Below are positions 55,762 through 64,000 of a DNA stretch of 64,000 nt, one piece after another. Every line of letters starts with the position of its first letter. Position 1 is the stretch's first letter. Both the position numbers and the translations under genes were made by a program. The notes beneath the pieces are model-generated. The model searched no databases, was not told the DNA's origin, and worked only from the letters and a program-made list of their open reading frames with translations. The DNA is taken from positions 7,958,059-8,022,058 of the forward strand of contig CM082581.2 in assembly GCA_040954595.2 (NCBI GenBank), given 5' to 3'. This DNA is from Balanoglossus misakiensis (lineage: Eukaryota > Animalia > Hemichordata).

Positions 55762-58700
55762 GATAATACGAGGCACTCATGGTAGCTGCCATCGGTTGCG
55801 TAACTTCTGAACCGCATAATTGGTCAGTTTGTTGTCGTAATGATTGATCGATAGTAACTTATTTTCTTGTTTACTTTGATATGCTACTAAGTTAATTTGT
55901 GGGTCGGTTGATTTGTTTGTGTTTGCAATTTAAATGATAGTTTAACTACCAGTTCTAGTGCTGCCGTGTGGTGATTTATGGTCAGTTTTGACAGCGGAAA
56001 GAAAACTCCTTGGCCTGAAGGCAAACCATTTCCCTCCTGAACGGTACTGCAACGCCCAAGCGAAAACTGACGAATCCTGAATGGAGCGGACCTCGCTCTC
56101 GACCACCCATCCTGCCAGCTGATCGGGGATCAAAGGGGATCTAAATCCGAAAGCCCCATCCACGATAATCCAATTATTCGTGGTGTTTTGGGGAGGAGTT
56201 GGGCGCTCTGGTCACACGAAATTGTGTCCGTCTCCTAAAACTAATCAATTAGTTGCCGTTATCAGTTTTATTTTGGCAAACTTTGTTATTCAGTCGTTTA
56301 GATCAAGGTCCTGCGACGCCAACAGAGACGAGAAACGTTCTGTTTCTGCGTCAGTTCGGAATGGAGAGGATTCCAATGGAAGAGACTATTTACACTGACT
56401 TGGCCTGTGAAGATTGCCACCCCACAAGTAGTGTGTACAAACATACAGCTGACTGCTAATCGAGCCAGTCGATTTCACCCCGTGTTTGTTTGTATCGGGG
56501 TACCAATTTGAAGTCACTTAGATAGCGCTGGGGCCTGCTCCGCTGCAGCGCTGAGTTTTTGAACACACACACCGGCGCCAAGTGGACGCAATTACAGCTC
56601 CACTACATGCCATACACCGCTCAAGTGGATCTCCATCACAATCAAAAGTGGTACATTTGTCAGCCAATGGGATGTCGACTTCGCCATCAAAAAATATTTC
56701 GTCAAATGAGAGAAAAATGGGAGGAGATGAAACATTACTGTTGCGACTCAATGTTTTCCCATGGAAATAAAATGGGGGTTTTATGAAAGAATTTGGGGGC
56801 ATCTGTTGTGGAGGTAAACAAGTGGATTTTCGATAGAATCGATAAGTGCTAAACATTGAGAGGTTTGTCAAAATGCATTATACTTCCATACTATGTTATA
56901 CTTTGGTATAGCATGGTATTAGCATTTGTCCATTACTGAGGGATATGTTTGTTTTACAGAAGATGTCATGGAGACGCTCTCTGAATATTACCCTAAGAGG
57001 ATCTCCATTATATTTTAAACGGAACAGCATTTGTTTTGTTTTGTTTCTACTCATGAAAATCATAAAATGCTCATCGGCTATCAGCAATAAATGGTACAAC
57101 AGATCGTAGTTCTTCATTTCGATTTTGAAAAAAACGACGTGTCACTGTTTACATTTTTTAAAAACTCCAGATGGATGCAACTGTCGCATGTCTGTCAGAA
57201 GCCGCTGTGTCTCCAATTCTCAACCGCCCCTCAGAATGGTAAAGTGCGGATTGTTTTGTTGAAATAAACGCGCAAATGGCGATGAGAATTGCCAGGTACA
57301 GGAAAATGCGTATGTACTCTATTGGCAATGACGACTATTCAAGCTTAAATATACGTCGGACTGCGGCGGTGTGCTGAATATGAGTCGTGAGATAACTGAT
57401 CACCCCCCCCCCTTGCGATATAAAAAAAAACAGTAGGGTGAGCCCTGAAATATAAGCGACGGGTAAAACTGTGACGATTGGGTGCTCGAAGTCTCGAGGA
57501 GAATATACCAAGTGGGTAAAATTAGCGAGAACTTGATGGCGGCTTAATGAACTCTCTGTGTCAAGTAGCCCTCCCCGTGTAAAACACCCAACGTGGCCAT
57601 TTAGAGAATCAAGTGGTGCTCAGATCAGGAGAGAGATTCTTAAGTTTTGTGGCTGTGTGGCCGACATGTGAAAACTATTTATCCCAGAAGCTGTCCGGTT
57701 CAATGTGTAGAACAAAGCGTTGTCTCACAATTTTGCCGTGGTTGTTTGATTATTGTTCTCTTCAAGTTCAGAAGCGGTGCTTCCCGTCGGTTACATTGAC
57801 ACACTGCACAGAGCAGTGGAGAGGGATTTCGAAACTGCTAATTACACTAATTGCGTAAGTATTATCATTATTGGACATCACTGCTTGAATACACATTGTG
57901 GATATGGTGACGATTCGGTAGTGGCTTGTGTGACGTGATTTTTAGATGACACCGAACGGGGCGTCGGCCTGCTGTTGCCACGGAAACAACTGTGACGTCA
58001 CGACACCAACCGTTTGTCTCCTATGATTGACAGTCCTTCCCATTAACCAATTTCTCGTTTAGTGGTCACCTTTTTGGCTAAAAGCTGGAAAATCAAACTG
58101 GCATTAAGAATTAAATGTGTGACGTCATGCCATTACGCAATGGACGTCAAGTGTCGCCCATCGAGGTCACGTCTGTCCACACAAGAGCACGTGAAATACA
58201 CGACGCGAGTGTAAATTTTCGGTGTGTGGTTCGGTATGCCGTGGAATCCTCTCTCTCTGTCATCGCAGTACTCAAACAACGGAGAGTTTTGATTGGCAGG
58301 TGGCAAACAGCATTTTGTGTGGTCTGGGTGTTTGGTCCAAAGGACGAGAAAAAGAGCATTCTTTTTCTGTCGACGGTGCATATCTTTTCGCGATATATAC
58401 CTCAACGTAGAACCTAATTTGGTCCCACGAGCCTTGCAGAAAGCTTTCTCGAGTCGCTGAGACTATTACGGCGTGGACTCGTAGCGCAAATTCCCGCCTT
58501 GTTGTGTCTGTCACTGTCCAAATATTTGTTTAATGTGATACACACGATCAAGAGTACCCTTTCAAAAACAACTTGCAGAACGCAAGGTTGCAGCGAAAGT
58601 GGCAACTTAATCCAGGTCGTGTTTGGAATCGTTCTTCAATTTGGGACCGCGAGCCACGGCTCTCTGTCGATAGTGCGCCGCAGCTGAAGTAAAGAAAAAG

Positions 58701-61700
58701 ACTGGTTTGAATTTTGTGTGTATTGATAGAGGTTTTCTGGGTACGATATCGTTATACTTGATAAATTTTGATTCGGGTCATTTTATTTCCGACCTTTAAT
58801 ATTTGTTCTTCAACAAAAACAACAACATATTCATGTATACTACTCCCCCAGTTCTCGTTCCCAAATTGCAACGATAGATGACCACTTTCCTACAGCTCAC
58901 AGTATACAACATCGCCTGTCACGTGCAGTGATCAATACCAAGAAGACATATTGTTCTTCATATTCGACTCTTTTGTTATCTTATTGATTTTCACTTTACC
59001 GCTGACGTAGTGTTCAGAATCTTTTGCGCTTGTTTCAAATAATGTTCGTTTTCAGTCTGGTAAAAGATTGGTGTGACAAGATTATAACGAAAAATCATGG
59101 ATGACGAATTTAATAATTTCTGGCACAACGACCTTCTTGTCTGTACAATATGTGGATTGACAGAATCCGTCAAATGACGTCAATGGTTCAAAATAAGTGC
59201 AAGGATGTACACTTCCCAGTAAATATGAAAAGCCAAATGTTAAGTGCGCTATAACCACGGGTGAAGGTCAACGGTGATAAAAAATTTAACTGGAGGTCGG
59301 TTATGGAAATGTATTTTTTCTTATCGGGTTCCATTCGAGGATTCTTGGTCGAGTTAAAAATAGAAAGTGCCTGGAGCCATTGCTGGCAGCGTATGGCATA
59401 GAAAATAACAAACGAAACATTATAAATATGCACTGTGGGCCATCGTCACCATGGAGATCGCCATTATAGAGTAGCTCGGACTGTGAATTGGAGTGATATG
59501 AAACAGAAATTCTGGCGCCCTTTCTCTTTTTGGTCAAATCTTCACGCAACCCAAAGCAATGTTTCCCTGTCTGTTGTCGCATGTTTATCTTTCTCGTTTT
59601 GCTCTTTTTGGTGTTCCTTTAGGTTTTTCACTGTTGTCATGCTCATACACACATAAAGGGAATAGACACACATTTTTCAAATCAGCTAACAGATTTTAAA
59701 GACCGAAATCAGAGTTTTGTTCTTTATGGACGTCGAAAAATGCTACCGGTCCCTGTCTGGGTGTCACTGGCAGTTTTGAGCCCATGAAAACAGTTGCCCA
59801 TCGAGTTTGACCCTTTCCTGTCGCACCACTCACTATACAGGCCTCGAAATGTCTTTCAATAGTCGAAGGAGCTGACACAATATAAAACGAGCGACGGTGA
59901 CCATCGAATATCGCGATTTTTTATTTTGAGTATGCTTCCGTCTGGTATGCCTATTGTCCGGTGTGACACCACGTTCGCCCGACGACGCCAGAAAACCGGG
60001 CTTCGGTCAAGAAATTTGAGCCAAAATCGAAACCGAGCCGAAATCGAGCACCCTGTACGCGGACTGCACAGGGAGGAAATTGTCCTAACGTGACCCCCAA
60101 ATGTCTTTTTGGGTGGAGCGGTCAGCTAATTCGGAATATCCGTCTGTTAGACTTCAAAATCTGTGGGTAAGACCGGATACATCTTGACTGACCCTTATAT
60201 CAGTGCCCTGTCTCTCTCTGATACGGAGACACATTGGGTGGGTTGAGAGATTTTTTCCCGTCGCGCAGTTCTTCATCAAGCAGCCCAGTCGTCTGAGCAT
60301 GCTCATTTGTCCCCGGCGACGGTTTTTTCCCGAGCAGGTAAGCTTTCGACTCACGGGTGTCCGTCTTTGAACTTTTAAGGTGTCGAGGTCAAAAATGATT
60401 TCATCGAGGGGTCGCTCAGAACTAATGGGAGGGTCGTCATTATGCGTCTTATATATCCTCCGGCGATTTCACTGTTTTATAACAAAGTTAATGAGTGACG
60501 ATGACCAGGCCTCACTTTTGACCATCGATTGCGCGCCCTTTTGCGTCTGCTGAGAACATCGACAGTTTTTTGCCGCACACATCACTCACCTCTTGGGTGA
60601 CCAAATGATTTAAGTGGCACATTTATGAAACCCTCTAGTCTGAGATGTTTCTGGTTATTTTAAAATGACAATTTAGAGGCCGTTTATATTTTAAATTGAT
60701 ATGACAACTTTGATTATAGGGTTAGTCATCGCAGAGTGACCAGGCATTTGCTTCCAACACAATGCTTATTTATAATGTTACTAAAAGCCCAGGTAATAAG
60801 AAAACTTTCAGATTAGTGATATGTACTTTTGAAGTATAATTTCGCATTTAACGATAAACAGATATTATTGTGAATCATCCTTCAAGACAGAGTCGACAAC
60901 GTGTGATTGCTATTTGCATCTAGAATAGATAAATTTGAATCATCCTTGCTGTCACGGATCAACGAAAAAACCCTCCGCATATGTTTGTGTGGCATGTGAT
61001 TACTTCTTTGGCGCTGGCATTGGACTAAGTTTTTATCTTGACAAAACTTTTATAGCGACCATGATACTTTATAATCCAGAATAAATTATCATACATGGGT
61101 TATGAACTAACATTCATATGAACTGGCGCTAATTTTCAGTTAGGTGTGCGGTTCTGTGCAATGCGTTCTAGAATTATTTGAAAAATTCAATATTGACTGA
61201 TAATCCATGCTTAAACAATCCATAGATTCCTTTTTAAGCAGAGGTGCGACTCTTTGAAGATGTTTCAAATTTGTGATTTTATGTGCGCAGGTTTCGTACA
61301 AAGCAAATTATTATTATAACTGCCAAGTAGTTAAGATAATTATCAAATATTATAAATATAATTCAATCGATGCCCAGAAATTTACTCCATAAACTGTAAT
61401 TTTCTGCGCATTCTAAAACTCCGACTTCCAACGCCAACAACTCAGCTTTTGGTTGATATAGCCCAGTGTTGATTTTTTTTGTTAGGCGCCTCTTGGAAGA
61501 CGAGCCATGTTTACTTTCTCACTGAGTTATCATAACAAACTCAACATCTACCTGCGGAATGCAAATATATATTGTTCGTGTTAACACAGCGTGTAGAAAA
61601 AGCAGTGCGTAAGCGGACAAGTATAGGCACATTTCGATTTCAACCGCACTCCTCCAGAATGTTGTTACGCCATGAGAAAGAAATCATCTCTGCAGCGTCA

Positions 61701-64000
61701 TTAAAACATCAGTCACGAAATTCTACTGCTGGGAAAACAAACTGTGAGACATGGATAAATGGCTGGGAGTCTTTCATTGCACAACGAATGTGTGTGTGTG
61801 AGTCATTCGGGAGCGAGTGCATTTTCGGAAACGGTTTTTCAATCGAATTTAAAAATCCGGTTTAGTATGATTAAGATAACGGCAGTGATGTGGTTGGTTT
61901 GGTAGTTTAGTTACAGATTGTGGTTTTGTTGTTGTTTTTGTTTTGTTTTCTATCGCGATGTTGTCATTGAAATATTTCAATGCTGCAAACCAAATACGTC
62001 TTTGCTTAGCTGTATGATACTGGAGTCTCCTTTTTAACACGATTTCAAAATTATCTGCAACACAGTTGGCAAAAAAACACGTTTGTGAAGAAGCGTTCTC
62101 TGGTACTTGGGTGCACGTGTTTATATATAACATTCCTATACACGATATAATCGCCAATATTATTTCTTCATTTCAATGGCTATTATTGTCCCATGTTGTC
62201 TATTTTCACGGTAAATAATTAACTGCCACCTTAACAAACTAACGAATGCGTAAAGACATGCGAGAAACGGCTTGTACGTAAGCATAGCAAATGAGTTCCA
62301 TATGTGAGAGACGCCGTGAGAGTTTACTGTCGTTTCTGGGTTGAATTGGAACTTTCTTGTGGTGGTATCGAAACCTTATTAGAAGATGAATTCAATAATT
62401 AAAATTTACAATTAGGCAGTCAAATTGGGTGCGGTATTCCGCAGGACGCGTCAAGATGAAAATTATACTTAATTAAAACTAATTCCAGGATATTGCTAGG
62501 TTAGCAGAATTAAGTCCTATGCATATAAAAGTAACTATTTCAAAACGTCCTTAAAATCTGTATATTTTCGTCATATCGCGTGATTAGGTGAAATACCGAC
62601 TGCTTTATATTAAACAACCCAACAGTTATAATTGTTTAGGTATCGCTCAGCTACATGGTGCGTGCGTTTTGAAAGATTATTGAATCCGGTGACACAAAAG
62701 CTTTCAATTTTTCAAACTGAGTAATCTGAATCGTTTTACGTTTATTTTACTGGAGCGATTAACATGTGAACGCGAGATGTTTGATCGCCCTGGCCAGACA
62801 ACAGTCGGCTAGTTCAAGCGTCAACGGCAAAACGACAGCACACGTGTCGTTTTGGTTTCTGCTCATCCGATACGGTGGCTAGACCGGCCAGTGAAAACAC
62901 TGGAAATATAAATTTATTACAGGAACGTCGGGTTTCATAACAAGCCCCGGCTCTACGGGAAATTCAGCGAACGGTGCAAGAAAATAATCAAGCGTGCAGT
63001 AGGAAACCCGATCGAAAGCCAACATTTTCCCCAGCTACGATGCGTACACGCGGATTCACTTTCCGACTTTATGGTTTGAGTCGACTTGACGGCAAGCGCT
63101 TCTACACAACCTCTTCCATTGTGGCCTTAATTGTACGTTTTTTCAACTCCAATTTAGCACGCCATAAAACTCAAGCGAAAAAAAAAAGACGCGACGGCTG
63201 ATGTCGCTGATTATCCTGCGTTCCGCGAGCAATCTACTCTCTGGCAAGCGTATCTGACCTTTTGGAGATAGGCAGTGCGAGAGCGCCACATCGTTTATAT
63301 CAACGCATACAATGGAAACCCGGGTCCCCGCCACAAATTTTCCCACAAATCACCAGCACGATCCCCGAGTGCAATCCGGCGACAAGCAAATCCCAATTTT
63401 CGCGCAAATTATGACATTAAAAGACCCCTCCAGTGATGTTACCGGGGTCAAAAGTGTCGCCCTTAATAGGGAATTTATTTGCCATTTCCGACGTCATCAT
63501 CCCAACCGGCTTCATTAATAACTACTCCACGGTTGTCTATGTCTGCCAATTTCGACATTTTTTTCTGGAAATCGTCGTCAGATATGCTCAAATTGGTGGC
63601 AATGTCACGGAACTGGTTTCTTGAATGCGTGACTCGAGATCGCCAGTGTTCGCTCTTTGAGCGCTTTTATCAGAATTGAATCGCGCACTTTGTGGCAAAT
63701 CGTCGAGTTTTTCAACATCTCTTTCGGGCTATTAGTTCGTCGATGGATGAGAAAGGGATAGTACGGGACCGATAAAAAGAAAATCACAGTTCGCGGAAAG
63801 TTCGCTCGGAGCCATTCAGCGTACATGTACTTTTATCCGCGCTTTGTTTGCATCTATATTTAAAGAATTAGGCTTCGAGCCGTTTGACACATAAAATCGA
63901 ATTCGGAAGGGCACGTTTATGAAATAAATCGGTGAAATAAGGGGTCCCTGCACAACACATATGCTGTCTTTGCTTAATTACCTTTATTTCAATTTATATG

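Noticed and set aside
44000-64000. A neighbouring NK-cluster gene (e.g. Tlx) downstream of Lbx
   Set aside because: I found no second homeobox (WFQNRR-type) or eh1-containing exon in this span.

Overview
Eukaryotic (metazoan, probably marine invertebrate; taxon is inference) genomic window with GT-AG introns, so the six-frame ORF track only shows exon fragments. By reading splice sites I reconstruct nine protein-coding genes. Bases 1-28,100 hold a head-to-tail (+ strand) array of at least six highly diverged paralogues encoding secreted ~205-310 aa proteins. They share exon layout (short exon 1, phase-1 intron inside the signal peptide, then three phase-0 introns), four amphipathic helical segments, an LP..W/Y motif in the AB loop and a VL/IL..F/L..YL helix-D motif. 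This is the gene and protein signature of long-chain class-I helical cytokines (IL-6/G-CSF/IL-11/CNTF/IL-27p28 type). Their upstream regions carry NF-kB, STAT(GAS), C/EBP, AP-1/CRE and TATA motifs, and several 3' regions carry AU-rich elements. Next come two minus-strand sigma-like glutathione S-transferase genes (one with an N-terminal MGCxxS acylation extension), then a two-exon Lbx (ladybird) homeobox gene at 41.3-43.9 kb. The last ~20 kb has no gene I can recognise and contains a solo LTR and microsatellites. The candidate invertebrate IL-6-family cytokine cluster is the main discovery. No database search or structure prediction was run; all family calls are by-eye motif and gene-structure recognition.
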